Source: Squalus acanthias (lineage: Eukaryota). From it: DNA of 64,000 nucleotides. The DNA is taken from NCBI GenBank assembly GCA_030390025.1, contig CM059434.1, forward strand, positions 62,806,001-62,870,000, written 5' to 3'. This document shows, one piece after another, positions 37,547-50,412 of this stretch. A program made the position numbers and the translations under genes. The notes under the pieces are model-generated. The model saw only the letters and a list, made by a program, of their open reading frames with translations, was not told where the DNA came from and searched no databases. Positions within the stretch are counted from its first letter, which is position 1. Each line of letters begins with the position of its first letter.

Positions 37547-38269
37547 ATTATTAATTCCTAATTCTTCTGACTTAATCGCCATACATTACCAGACCATTGA
37601 TTTCCTTTTCCTATGTGGGTTTTTTCCTTTTCTCATAGGGCTTGGTGCAGGATCCTCCTGCCTTGTTGACCTGCACAGGCCTTGTTTGCAAGCCTCTGTT
37701 CCAGTTCGGTTGCTGCCTCTTCTGGCCTTGCTCCTGGTATTGTTGCTACCACTAAATAAACATTTTTTTTCCCAGAATAACATTTTCCATGTGTTCAGTT
37801 GAGCTGAGGGTTGGAATTGGTCTTAGGATTAGTTTGGAGTTGAGGTTAGGGTAAATTTATTTCAGGGGCTAACTTTGGTTTATTGAATGGGAGCATTTTA
37901 TTTCATTGGCAATGATTCTGCACTAACTGGTTTGCTAGAGCAAGCGGAGAATCTTGCAGGGGCCGATATAGCTTGTGGCAGGGGCTGTTGCCACTGCTCT
38001 CCATTGCCACTGCTCACCAGGATCAAAGGTTGCCAGGGCAGGCCGAAGGAACACAGCAAGAGGGCTGTGAAACACCCTTTGCTAACAATCTCTACTTCAA
38101 ACTTTAAATAGGAAAGAGGTTACATCTTTCAACCAGCTCTAAAGGTCTTGTCAAGTAAGTTTGGGCAGTCTTGAAGCAATTCCCACTTACTGTGGCTCCG
38201 CTCACATAACTGTTGACAATTTATCAGGCCACAGGGTGGCTGGTGGTGTGGTGCTTTCGGAAATGGTAA

Positions 38270-38480
38270 AAATAACTTGCGACTGTATAGCATCTTAAAC
38301 ATAGAAAACTGTCCCCAGGCATTTCACTGAGGAAGAAAGGAACTGACATTGATTATTTGTGAGAGAATTAGGAGAAGTGATTGAAAGCTTGGCCCAGGAG
38401 ACGGATTTTGAGACGGCTTTTAAAGATAGAGGGCTTTAGAGAGGAAGGTCCAGACAGTAGGGCCGAGACAGCTGACGGGT
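38270..38480 (-). mobile_element. Degraded L2 3' remnant
   Basis: Resembles the L2 tails at 43970 and 60940. Confidence 0.55.
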
Positions 38481-39169
38481 CTGTCAGAGTAATGGGAGCT
38501 TCAGTGAGTATTTCGGTTGCATTGTCCGTAACACACACATGCTCGATACTGAAGGTAAATGACAAAAGTAAAAAAAAAAAATCATTTCACAGCAAACAAT
38601 GTGCTTCACTTTAATGGGCACAAAATATCAGGAAAAATATAAATTAAAACGTAGAATCATACAATCCTCAGCTGGTTAGTACTCAGGAGTAATATTAGAC
38701 CCCTCTGCCTGGATTATTTTGTAGCTCTCATCATTAATAAACATTAAATTAAAGGCCCAGAGTGATCAGACTTACGCTAATTTGCCTGGGTTTTGTAAAC
38801 CGATCCACAGATTTATACAGTGTGTCAGTTGCATCTGCATGCTTATTTTCAATAGGCACCTCCTCAGAAGCATTATAAATTATAATTATATTTCACATTT
38901 GAACTGAAAGCCTATCTCTACTACAGTTAATTAGTTTAGTTAGGGACTACTGACAGATTGTTCAAGAAATTTTTACGCTGAAGGGTTATAGGCCACTGCT
39001 AATTGCAGTTGGACAATTTTTGAATTTGCTCTGATGTGGTTTCTCGTTTGAAGCTCAATTATGCTTTTTTTCTATCAAATAATAGATAATGGGGAGATTC
39101 AGCTCTGTCAACCCAAACTGGAAATTACACGCAGATTACGCATCGTCGCTGAGGGCAGCAGAGCAGTGC

Positions 39170-42100
39170 ATTTTGGACTAGGGACTAAATTTAAAAAGCA
39201 GAACCACAAAGGTCATAATCTCTGGATTATTACCGGAGCCACGAGCAAATTGGCATAGGGTCAATAGGATCAGCGAGATGAATGCGTGGCTCAAAGATTG
39301 GTGTGGGAGAAGTGGGTTTCGATTCGTGGGGCACTGGCACCAGTACTGGGGAAAGAGAGAGCTGTTCCGTTGGGACGGACTACACCTGAACCATGCTGGG
39401 ACCAGAGTTCTAGCAAATCGAATAACTAGGGAGGTAGATAGGGCTTTAAACTAAATAAGAGGGCGGGGGGGGGGTGGTCCCAGTGGAAAGAAATCCAGAA
39501 TGCGAAAGAGAAAAGACAAGGAAGCAGTGCAGGAAAGTGATTGGGGTAAGGATAACCAGATGGTGTCAGGAAGGGACAGAGTGTACAAACAAAGGAGTGC
39601 ACTAACAAATCGGGTCCAGGTAAGAAAAAATGGTAAGACAAATAGGGCCATAGTACAAAAAAATGTTAAGATGTCTAAAAATGTTAAAAAGACATATCTA
39701 AAGGCACTGTATCTGAATGCACGAAGCATTCGTAATAAGGTAGACGAATTAGCAGCGCAAATAGATGTAAACGGATACGATATAATTTCGATTACGGAGA
39801 CATGGCTGCAGGGTGACCAAGACTGGGAGCTGAATATCCAAGGATATTCGATATTTAGGAAGGACAGGCAAAAAGGAAAAGGAGGTGGGGTGGCCTTGTT
39901 AGTAAAGGATGAAATCAGAGCAATAGTGAGAGAGGATATTGGCTCAGAAAATCAAGATGTAGAATCAGCCTGGGTGGAGCTAAGAAGCACCAAGGGGCAG
40001 AAAACTTTGGTGGGAGTTGTCTATAGGCCTCCAAACAGTAGTGGTAATGTAGGGGATGGCATCAAACAGGAAATTAGAGATGCATGTAACAAGGGTACTA
40101 CAGTAATCATGGGTGACTTTAATCTATATATAGACTGGCCAAACCAAATTAGAAATAATACTGTGGAGGATGAATTTTTGGAGTGTGTACGAGATGTTTT
40201 TTTAGACCAGTACGTTAAGGAGCCAACTAGGGAACAGGCTATCCTAGATTGGGTATTGTGCAATGAGAAGGGGTTAATTAATAATCTTGTGCGGGGTCCT
40301 TTAGGGAAGAGTGACCATAACATGATAGAATTCTTCATTAAGATGGAAAGTGAAGAAGTCCAATCTGAAACTAGGGTCCTAAATCTAAACAAAGGAAACT
40401 ACGAAGGTATTAGGAGTGAGTTGGCTATGATAGATTGGGGAGCTTCATTAAAAGGCATGACGGTGGATAGGCAATGGGTAACATTTAAGGAACGAATGCA
40501 TGAATTGCAACAGTTATACATTCCTTTCTGGCGCAAAAACACAAAAGGAAAAGCGGCCCAACCATGGCTAACAAAAGAAATTAAGGATAGTATTAGATCC
40601 AAAGAGGAGTCAGAAAAAGTAGCAAGCCTGAGGATTGGGAGCAGTTTAGAGTTCAGCAAAAAAGGACCAAGAGATTGATTAAGAGGGGAAAAAGAGAGTA
40701 TGAGAGTAAACTTGCAAGGAACATCAAAGCAGATTATAAAAGCTTCTACAAGTATGTAAAAAGAAAAAGAGTAGTGAAGACAAATGTAGGTCCCTTACAG
40801 TCAGAAATGGGAGAATTTATAATGGGAAAGAAGGAAATAGCAGTGCAATTAAACAAATACTTTGGTTCTGTCTTCACGGAAGAGGACACAAATAACTTCC
40901 CAGAAATGCTAGGGAACCAAGGGTCTAGTGAGAAGGAGGAATTAAAGGAAATTAATATTAGTAAAAAAATAGTGCTGGAGAAATTAATGGGACTGAAAGC
41001 CGATAAATCCCCAGGGCCTGATAATCTGCATTCCAGAGTACTAAAAGAGGTAGCCATGGAAATAGTGGATGCATTGGTTGTCATCTTCCAAAATTCTATA
41101 GATTATGGAACAGTTCCTGCAGATTGGAAGGTGGCAAATGTAACCCCACTATTAAAAAAAGGAGGGAGACAGAAAACACGGAACTATAGACTGACATCAG
41201 TAGTAGGGAAAATGCTATTATAAAGGATGTGATAACAGGACACTTTGTCTAATCCCGTTGATATTTTTTTAAGTCAACATGGATTTATGAAAGGGAAATC
41301 GTGCTTGACTAACCTACTGGAGTTTTTTTGAGGATGTAACTGGTAGAATAGATAAGGGAGAACCAGTGGATGTGGTGTATTTGGATTTTCAGAAGGCCTT
41401 TGATAAAGTCCCACATAAGAGGTTAGTGTGCAAAATTAAAGCACATGGGATTGGGGGTAATATACTGGGATGGATTGAAAATTTGTTAACAGACAGGAAA
41501 CAGAGAGTAGGAATAAATGGTTCTTTTTCGGGGTGGCAGGCGGTGACTAGTGGGGTACCGCAGGGATCAGTGCTTGGGCCCCAGCTATTCACAATATATA
41601 TCAATGATTTGGATGAGGGAACCGAATGTAATATTTCCAAGTTTGCTGACGACAAGAAACTAGGTGGGATTGTGAGTTGTTAGGAGGATGCAAAGAGGCT
41701 TCAAGGCGATTTAGACAAGTTGAGTGAGTGGGCAAATACATGGCAGATGCCGTATAACGTGGATAAATGTGAAGTTATCCACTTCAGTAGGAAAAACAGA
41801 AAGGCAGAGTATTATTTAAATGGTGATAGATTGGGAAATGTTGATGTACAAAGGGCCCTGGGTATCCTTGTACACCAGTCACTGAAAGCAAACATGCAGG
41901 TGCAGCAAGCAGTTAGGAAGGCAAATGATATGTTGGCCTTCATTGCAAGAGGATTTGAGTACAGGAGCAAGGATGTCTTACTACAGTTATACAGGGCCTT
42001 GGTGAGACCACACCTGGAGTACTGTGTGCAGTTTTGGTCTCCTTACCTAAGAAAGGATATACTTGCCACAGAGGGAGTGCAGCAAAGGTTCACCAGACTG

Positions 42101-42563
42101 ATTCCTGGGATGGCAGGACTGTCGTATGAGGAGAGATTGGGTCAACTCGGCCTGTATTCACTAGCGTTTAGAAGAATGAGAGGGGATCTCGTGGAAACAT
42201 ATAAAATTCTGACAGGGCTCGACAGACTGGATGCAGGGAGGATGTTTCCCCTGGCTGGGGTGTCTAGAACGAAGGGTCACAGTCTCAGGATACGGGGTAG
42301 GACATTTAGGACTGAGATGAGAAGTTTCTTCACTCAGAGGGTGGTGAACCTGTGGAATTCTCTACCACAGACAGCTGTGGAGGCCAAGTCACTGAATATA
42401 TTTAAGGAGATAGATAGATAGATTTCTAGACACAAAAGGCATCAAGGGGTATGGGGAGAGAGCGGGAATATGGTATTGAGCTAGAGGATCAGCCATGATC
42501 ATAATGAATGGCGGAGCAGGCTCGAAGGGCCGAATGGCCTACTCCTGCTCCTATGTTTCTATG
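39170..42563 (+). mobile_element. Long CR1 LINE: end of ORF1, ORF2 (APE endonuclease and RT) with frameshifts and stops, complete tail
   Basis: ORF 39500-40678 (LYLNARSI, ITETWL, YRPP, MGDFN, SDH), ORFs 40675-42421 (RT, FADD), and tail ...cctatgtttctatg. Confidence 0.96.
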
Positions 42564-42863
42564 AAAATAGTCCATCTTCGATATGAATCAGTCCAGTAGA
42601 TTTCACATTATCTGAATAATCTGAAATACATAATTCGATCTCTGATTTGGACACGTGCATTAAATTCACACCATGACTGATTCCCATTGCTGCTACAGAA
42701 TTTTAATCAGAAGTAGTTGATATAATCAAGGGCTTATGAATGTTAAAGGTGTGTATTTCTGTTCTCCCTTCAACCAATCATATTCCAAAACCATAAATTC
42801 AAATCTCAGATATATGTAAACATGGACTAATCAGATTCCAGAACCATCTCTGTAGTGTAATTT

Positions 42864-43790
42864 AAGAACATAAGAAATAGGAGCAGGAGTAGGCCATTCG
42901 GCCCTTCGAGCCTGCTCTGCCATTCAATGAGATCATAGCTGATCTTCTGCCTCAACTCCATTCACCAGCCCTGTTGCCATATCCCTTGATGCCCTTACTA
43001 GTCAGAAATCTATCGACTTCTGTTTTGAATATACCTAATGACTGAGCCTCCACAGCCCTCTGGGGTACAGAATTCCAAAGATTCGCCACCCTCTGTATGA
43101 AGAAATTTCTTCTCATCTCAGTCCTGAATGGCCTACCCTTTATCCTGAGGCTGTGGCCCCTGGTTCTAGACTCCCCAGCCAAGGGAAACATTCTCCCAGC
43201 ATCCACCCTATCAAGCCCTGTAATAATTTTGTATGCTTTAATGAGATCCCCTCTCATTCTACTGAATTCAAGAGAATACAGGCCTAGTTTACTCAATCTC
43301 ATCTCATACGACATTCCCGCCATCCCAGGAATCAATCTCTTGAAGCTTCGTTGCACTCCCTCTATGGCAAGTATATCCTTCCTCAGGTAAGGAGACCAAA
43401 ATTGTGCACAGTACTCCAGGTGTGGTCTCACCAAGGCCCTATATAATTGGAGTAAGACTTCTTTACTCCTGTACTCAAATCCTCTTGTAATGAAGGCCAG
43501 CATACTATTTGCCTTCCTAATGGCTTGCTGCACATTCACTTTCAGTGACTCATGTACAAGGACACCCAGGACCCTTTGAGCATCTGCATTCCCCAATCTT
43601 TCACTATTTAGGAAATACTCTGCCTTTCTATTTTTTCTACCAAAGTGGATAACTTCACATTTATCCACATTATATTCCATCTGCCATGTTCTCGCCCACT
43701 CACTGAGCCTGTCGAGATCCCCTTGAAGCCTCTTCACATCCTCTTTATAACTGACACTGACACCTAGCTTTGTATCATCAGCAAATTTGT
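42864..43790 (-). mobile_element. CR1 LINE 3' fragment
   Basis: ORF 42952-43827 runs from KFADDTKLG to the C-terminus; tail at 42864. Confidence 0.95.
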
Positions 43791-43967
43791 TAATGGTCAT
43801 GGTTATTGTTGTGACTGAACCAATCACATTCTACCAAAAAATGGTCTCTGCCAATTCCTCATCTGCTTCACTATATACCACTAAGAATAACATTTATAAC
43901 AGAAACGCACACAAATTCAATAGTTCAATTTTTTTTTTAACCTAACCTATCGGCCCAAGAAAGTGCA

Positions 43968-44750
43968 TGCAACAACAACTTATATAGCGCCTTTAGCTTA
44001 GTAAAACGTCCCAAGGCGCTTCACAGGAGTATAATAAGACAAAAAAATTGACGCTGAGCCACATAAGGACAAATTAGGTCAAAGAGGTAGGTTTTAAGGA
44101 GCATCTTAAAGGAGGGTGGAGAGGTTTCGGTAGGGAATTCCAGAGCTTAGGGCCTAGGCAACAGAAGGCACAGCCACCAATGGTTGAGCGATTATAATCA
44201 GGGATGCTCAAGAGGGCAGAATTAGAGGAGCACAGATATCTCTTGGTGGGGGTGGGGGCGGGTGGCTGAAGGAGATTAGAGATGGGGAGGGGCGAGGCCA
44301 TGGAGGGATTTGAAAACAAGGACGAGAATTTTGAAATCAAGGCGTTGCTTAACTGGGAGCCAATGTAGGTCAGCGAGCAAAGGGGTAATGGGTGAATGGG
44401 ACTTGGTGTGAGTTAGGACACGGGCAGCCGAGTTTTGGATCAACTCAAGTTTACGTAGGGTGGAATATGGGAGACCAGCCAGGAGTACATTGGAATAGTC
44501 AAGTCTAGAGGTAACAAAGGCATGGATGAGGGTTTCAGCAGAAGATGAGCTGAGGCAATGGCGGAGACGGGCTATGTTAAGGAGGTGGAAATAGGCGGTC
44601 TTAGTTATGCTGCGGATATGTGGTCGGAAGCTCATTTCAGGGTCAAATATGACACCAAGGTTACGAACAGATGTTAGGGAGAGGGATAGAGTCAATGGCT
44701 AAGGAGGGGAGTTTGTGGCAGGGACCGAAAACAATGGCTTTGGTCTTCCA
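43968..44750 (-). mobile_element. L2 LINE 3' fragment
   Basis: ORF 44276-44695 reads RNLGVIFD...LIHAFVTSRLDYSN...LHWLPV; (caa)n tail. Confidence 0.93.
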
Positions 44751-44867
44751 AAACCAAACACGTTAGCAAGATGCTCCTGTCTCTGTCTTTCGTACTTCTC
44801 ACAAAATGTGTAATTACTAAGCAATGTTTTTTGTTTGTTTACAATAGAGACTGCAGCAATTTGCTAC

Positions 44868-45495
44868 GGGCTGGACTTAAACTAGCTTCAAATCTTACAA
44901 GGATTTTAGTTTTTCCATTCATGAGAATGTAGGAGATGGGCAAAGAGCGGCTGTTTCACTGGCAGTCAAGATTAAACCGGTTGGGTAACCAGCAGTCTGT
45001 TCACTTTCCAGTTGGGTAGGTGTTGCGCCTGGGGGATGGACCGGTGGCGCGCAGGGCAGTTTGGGATGGGAGGTCGTGTGTTGGGGCCTCCAGGGGTGCA
45101 CCAAACCAGAGTTGGCAACACAAACCTACGGTAAGTCCGGGAGGAGCAGATGGCGGGGCTGGGGGGTGAGCGATGGCCGGCAGCAGCTTGCAGTTTCAAT
45201 GTGGGGCCAGGAGGAGCACTGGATAACTGGTTTGGCTGCTTTAGGCCCGAGAATCCTGAGCGCAGCTTGCATAGCACATGCTGTGGTCAGTCACGATCCA
45301 GTTTCCCAAAGGTGTCTGAAACGGGCTTGAGGCCCAACATTTGCATAGGAAATGGGCCTATCGTTCGTTTGAGGCAGGCATCTTGGCTGACTTAAGGGCA
45401 TGCTAACCAATTTGGATGTTTGGCGCACTTCCGGCGTGACCTATTGGACCCCATGTCCAAAAAATGGGCGCTGCACAATCCAATTTTATGGACCT
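44868..45495. mobile_element. GC-rich degraded non-autonomous DNA-transposon-like segment
   Basis: Composition shift and ends loosely resembling the Harbinger-type MITEs. TIR and TSD could not be resolved. Confidence 0.35.
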
Positions 45496-46074
45496 GTATC
45501 TCTAACCTAATCACAATATCCTGGAATCGTGGAGTGGTGCAGCAGGGGAGGGGGAGGTTCAGCCCATCGTGTCTGTACTGGTTCTTTGGATGAGTTTCTC
45601 CCCTGCTCTTCCTGCTGTAACCCTGCAGGTTTGTACTTTTCAAGCATATAATCCTGATTCACTTAATTTACTCTTCATCCTGCACTATGGGCCTCACTAG
45701 TTCACCTTTGGTATGAAGTACTTAAAAAAAAAACTCAGACACTCCAGTTCAATTATTGTTATGAGAAACACTATTATTTTGCATCTTTGGGGTGACAGCG
45801 AATCAGTAGCCAGTGCTGCACCCTGCCCAATTTTCTCTTCCATTGATTCAGGGCTTAAAAGAAATAAATCCTCAGGGTTCGACGGTATTATCCCAGAGTG
45901 TTGAGAGACTAGTGAAGAGATTTGTAAAGGACTGACAATCATTATGAGGGACTCAAAGCACACTTGAGTATCAGTCGATTGGAAACAGGCTAATATGGAG
46001 CCCATAAAAGCCAACAAAACACAGGCAACTACAGACCAATTTGTCTGTCTTCAATTTCATATAAAGGGGTTGTA

Positions 46075-46495
46075 ATTTGGAGAGATTGAACAGGCTGGGG
46101 CTCTTCTTTGGAAAAGGGAAGGCTGAGGGTGACCTGATGGAGGTCTTTCTGAAAGGGTTTGATAGGGTAGACATAGAGAAGATGTTTCCACTTGTGGGGG
46201 AAACTAAAACTAAGAGCCATAAATATAGGAGAGGCACCAATAAATCCAGTCGGGAATTCAGGAGAAATTTCTGTAGCCAGAGATTGGGAGAATGTGGAAC
46301 TCAAAAACACATGGAATAGTTGAGGTGAATAGCATAAATGCATTTAAGAGGAAGCTAGATAAATATGAGGGAGAAAGGAATATAAGGATATGTTGATAGG
46401 GTTAGATGAAATGGGGTGGGAGGAGGCTCGTGTGGAGCAAAAAAACCGGCATGGACCAGTTGGGCCGAATGGCCTGTTTCTGCGCTGTACATTCT
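46075..46495 (+). mobile_element. CR1 3' fragment
   Basis: ORF 46077-46319 is a CR1 C-terminus, followed by a tail. Confidence 0.88.
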
Positions 46496-46509
46496 ACCAT
46501 TTCTAGCAA

Positions 46510-47310
46510 CACACTAAACCCACAGCACCTTCCTGTGCAAGCCCAGGAGATGCAACACTTGCCCTTTCACCTCCTCCCTTCTCACCATCCAGGGCCCCAA
46601 ACGCCGCTTCCAGGTGAAACATCAATTTACTTGTACTTTCAATTTAGTATATTGTAATCACTGCTCACGATACGGTCTCCTATACGCTGGGGTGACTAAA
46701 AGCAGATTGGGTGATTGCTTTGCTGGACACCTCCATTCAGTCTGCAAGCGTGACCCTGAGCTTCCGGTCGCTTATCATTTTAATTCTCCGCCCCATTCCC
46801 ACCCTGACCTCTGCCTCCTACACTGTTCCAATGAAGCTCGAGGAACAGCACCTCATCTTTCGATTAGGCACTTTACAGCCTTCCAGACTCCGTTGAACAA
46901 TTTCAGATCATAACCACTGCTCTCATTTTTGGACAGAAGGTGCTGGTAATGATTCTGCTGTTGCCATTTACAGCTCCTCTAGATCTATTCTTTGTTTCTT
47001 TAATTATCCCAATACCACCCCTTTTGCCGTGCACTATCCTCCCTTTTGTCATTTAAATCACTCCTGCCTTCCACCCTATCACAGACCTTACCTTCCCTTT
47101 TGCTCTTGCCGCCTCCTCTTCCTCCCCCGCGCGCCGCCCCCCCCCCCCCCACCAACCAGCCTTTCCCTGCCTCTGCACTTGCTTAAAACCTGCTACACCT
47201 GTAACATTTTACAGTTCTGACGAAAGGTCACAGACGTGAAATGTTAACTCTGTTTCTCTCTCCACAGCTGCTGCCTGACCTGAGTATTTCCAGCATTTTC
47301 TGATTATATT
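46510..47310 (+). mobile_element. Penelope-like element 3' fragment (GIY-YIG and pLTR)
   Basis: ORF 46614-46913 reads NLVYCNHCSRYGLLYAGVTKSRLGD...PVAYHFNS, a degenerate GIY-YIG. Same family as 31995-32665. Confidence 0.9.
47213..47249 (+). ncRNA. Minimal hammerhead ribozyme motif in the Penelope pLTR (sense to the AMBRA1 pre-mRNA)
   Basis: AGUU-CUGACGA-A-AGGUC(ACA)GACGU-GAAA-UG-UU-AACU, with one mismatch in stem II. Confidence 0.7.
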
Positions 47311-47849
47311 ACAGTAAAATGTACATTTGCCAGGCTGCTGAACTCATTGGTTAAGGCAGCCCTTCAACCGATCATATTCTAAAACCATAAATTCGAGGTT
47401 GACTGCAGAGCACAATTTTTTTCCCTTGTCAGTAATGGAACTCCAATTTTGACCAGATGAGCCCCTGAAACAAAGAGATACTTTGCAAATCTCTGTCACC
47501 TTGTAGTAAATGAGGTTCAACTATAATTACAGATCTCCATATTAATCTCCAGGTCAGCTTTCTAGTTGGATATCAATGAACTAAGAGTGGTCGATCTTTA
47601 CAATTGTCGCGTTTTGTAGCAGTTCTCTTCACAGTAATTGCAAATGTGCCTTTTTTTTTACATTAGTGCAGTTGAAGAATGCTAATGGGACAGATGTCTC
47701 AAAATGACCCTGGCATCATGAGGGCTTGGAGAAATTATATTAGGGGTCTGTGAGCAACGAACTTCACAGAATTAAAGCATGCTCCAATAATCCTGGTTCA
47801 GCAAGTAATATATTATTTAAAATTCTGCCATAGAACAGATTTTTTTTTT

Positions 47850-48435
47850 CTACGCGGTTAGAGAAGTTATGTTAAACTTCTATAGAACCTTGGTTAGACC
47901 ACAATTTGAACAGTTCTGGTCTCCATATTATAAAAAGGATATAGAGGCACTGGAGAAGGTGCAGAAAAATTTGCTAGAGTGATACTGGAGCTGGAAGGTT
48001 ATTTCTATCTGTGAAGGTTGAACAGATTGGGGCTCTTTTCTCTCAGAGAAGGCTCAGGGGTGGCCTAATAGAGAGACCTTTAAGATTATGAAAGGGTTTG
48101 ATAGGGTAGACGTAGACAAGATGTTGGGCGAGACCAGAACTAGGGGCCATAAATATGAGATAGTCACTAATTAATCCATTAGGGAGTTCAGGAGAAACTT
48201 TTTTACCCAGAGAATGGTTAGAATATGGAACTCTGAACCACAAGGAGTAGTTGAGGAGAATAGCATAGATGCATTTAAGGGGAAGCTAGATAAGCACATG
48301 AGGGAGAAAGGAATAGAAGGATATGCTGATTGGGTTAGATGAAGAGGGGTGGGAGGAAGCTCGTGTGGAGCATAAACACTGACATGGACCTGTTGGGCCG
48401 AATGGACTGTTTCTGTGCTGTAAATACTTTGTAAT
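47850..48435 (+). mobile_element. CR1 3' fragment
   Basis: cagttctggtctcc through to the tail ctgtttctgtgctgtaaa. Confidence 0.88.
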
Positions 48436-48708
48436 ATTACTCCAGCCCCACAACTCTCCAGGAACTCTGACCTCTTGTGCATCCCCCATTCCCTTCACCC
48501 CAACATTGGCAGCCGTGCCTTCAGCCGTCTAGACCAGTGGTTTTCAAACTTTTTTGATTGAAGGGCCCCTTTTCAAATGGATTAGTAATCCTGCCCCCCC
48601 CTCCCCCCCCCCCCCCCACCTCATCTGCATTATAATGCTATATATTATAGTAATTGCAACTTTGCCACTCATTCATGGAATTACAAAATCATAATACACA
48701 TATTCAAT

Positions 48709-49460
48709 GGCCTGGAACGTGCGGACCTGATGACGGCATTTCGCCTTTGAAACTGAACACAACTTCAGGATTTAGCGCATGCACAGCCTAAAATGGAATT
48801 CCTGAAGTTGAGATCGGTCATTCACTGTTCCTCCACAGGCTGAGCTGTGTGCCCCCACCCTGTCCCCAGAGCCAGCAATCAGTGAATCACTGATCTGACG
48901 AAAACCTCCCCTTTTCCGAACAAATATCGCTGTTAGAAACCCCGTAAAAAGTTAGACCCATTCAAATGAGGTGTAACTGGGTTTTTAACAGCGATCTGAT
49001 TAATAATTACTGATAAACAACCGTTCTGGCCCTGAAAAACTAATTTTATATTGGTGGAATGTCAAAATTCTCCATGAAGCTAAAAATTATTAGATTTTAA
49101 AATGAATACATTTTTAAAAGTTTGTTCATAATATTTCAGTTTCTACTTTAACCCAGTGTATGTTTAAAAAAAAAAATCTTTACTTCGCTCTCTGTAAATT
49201 TTTTAAAAACTGATGATTTAGTGCTTTCTATTTCCTGGTTCCCTGTCTCTGAGAATTCAGTAATGTGATTGGCTTCTTAGACAGCTTGTTGACGTCACAG
49301 CAGCTCGCACGATGGGATTCCCACTCTACTACGTTGATTTCAGCTGCACGTCGGAAAAGCTGAACATCGTGCCACAGAGATCGTGAGATCTTTGTGGGAA
49401 ACTTACTTTGGGGCTAGCGGCGAACGTCTTTCTTTTGCCACTGACCGCAAATTACAGGCC
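48709..49460. mobile_element. PIF/Harbinger-like MITE, 752 bp, nested in the hAT element
   Basis: TIRs ggcctggaacgtgcgg / ccgcaaattacaggcc; TSD AAT on both sides. Confidence 0.85.
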
Positions 49461-50370
49461 AATATCTGCATTAATGGTTTATTTTAATTCAATTCATTTG
49501 CACAGCAATTGTAACAAACCCTGCCTTGACCAGTGTTTTTCCACTCAAATGGCACATGCACACACTGACTCCCAAGACATATAAACACTCTTCCAAATTT
49601 TGGGCTTTCGTGCAATGGCTGCAACCATCCAGCACAGGCAGAGCCCTCGCCAGCTGCTGTTTTACGAATAACACAAAAATTAAAATTTTGCAAACAACAA
49701 CAGGATTAAGTGCAGCTGCTTTATTGATAATGCAAGGGGATGGTTTTGAGATTAGGAATTGAGTTTTTAATATATAATAGATACATATAAAATTAAATTA
49801 CCAGGTTCCAGTCCATATTACTCCAGAGCTCTGGAGCAGAATGGGGTTTTATCCCACAAACGCTAACAATGTCCTGACTTACCCAGTTTTCCCCGAGATT
49901 CCTCCAGCTTCTGGATTTAATTCTCCAGGAACAACATCGCGATCACAAATACCACAGCCACTAGAAGCTGCAAATTGGGCGGCATGATAATTCTTAGAAG
50001 CCCCATGAAATTATCAAGACATAATGCAAGTGAAAAAAAATAAAGAAAATCGAAGAGCAGAGAAGGAGGCGGGGGAGGGAGAGTGAAATTACACAGACAA
50101 AATAGAACTAAGGAGAAATCAGAAGCGTGAAGAAAACATGGATGCATGGAGATTTTTGCCAACTGATTTGATGCACATAATTATGTCACTGGGGAGATGA
50201 AGCTTTAAGTCACAGCGCCTCTCTCTCACCGATTCTCAGTGCTGTTCACTGGGCAAGGACTCGGTGTCTTATCTCCTTGCCTTCCCTCCCTCCCTCCTGG
50301 GGTCTCCCTCCTCACGCGTCCGAACACCAATCGCCGACGCTGCCTTGCGCACAGACTGGCTTGCTTTTTT

Positions 50371-50374
<4 letters not shown>

Positions 50375-50410
<36 letters not shown>
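50375..50410. repeat. (CT)n microsatellite
   Basis: Seen directly. Confidence 0.95.
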
Positions 50411-50412
<2 letters not shown>

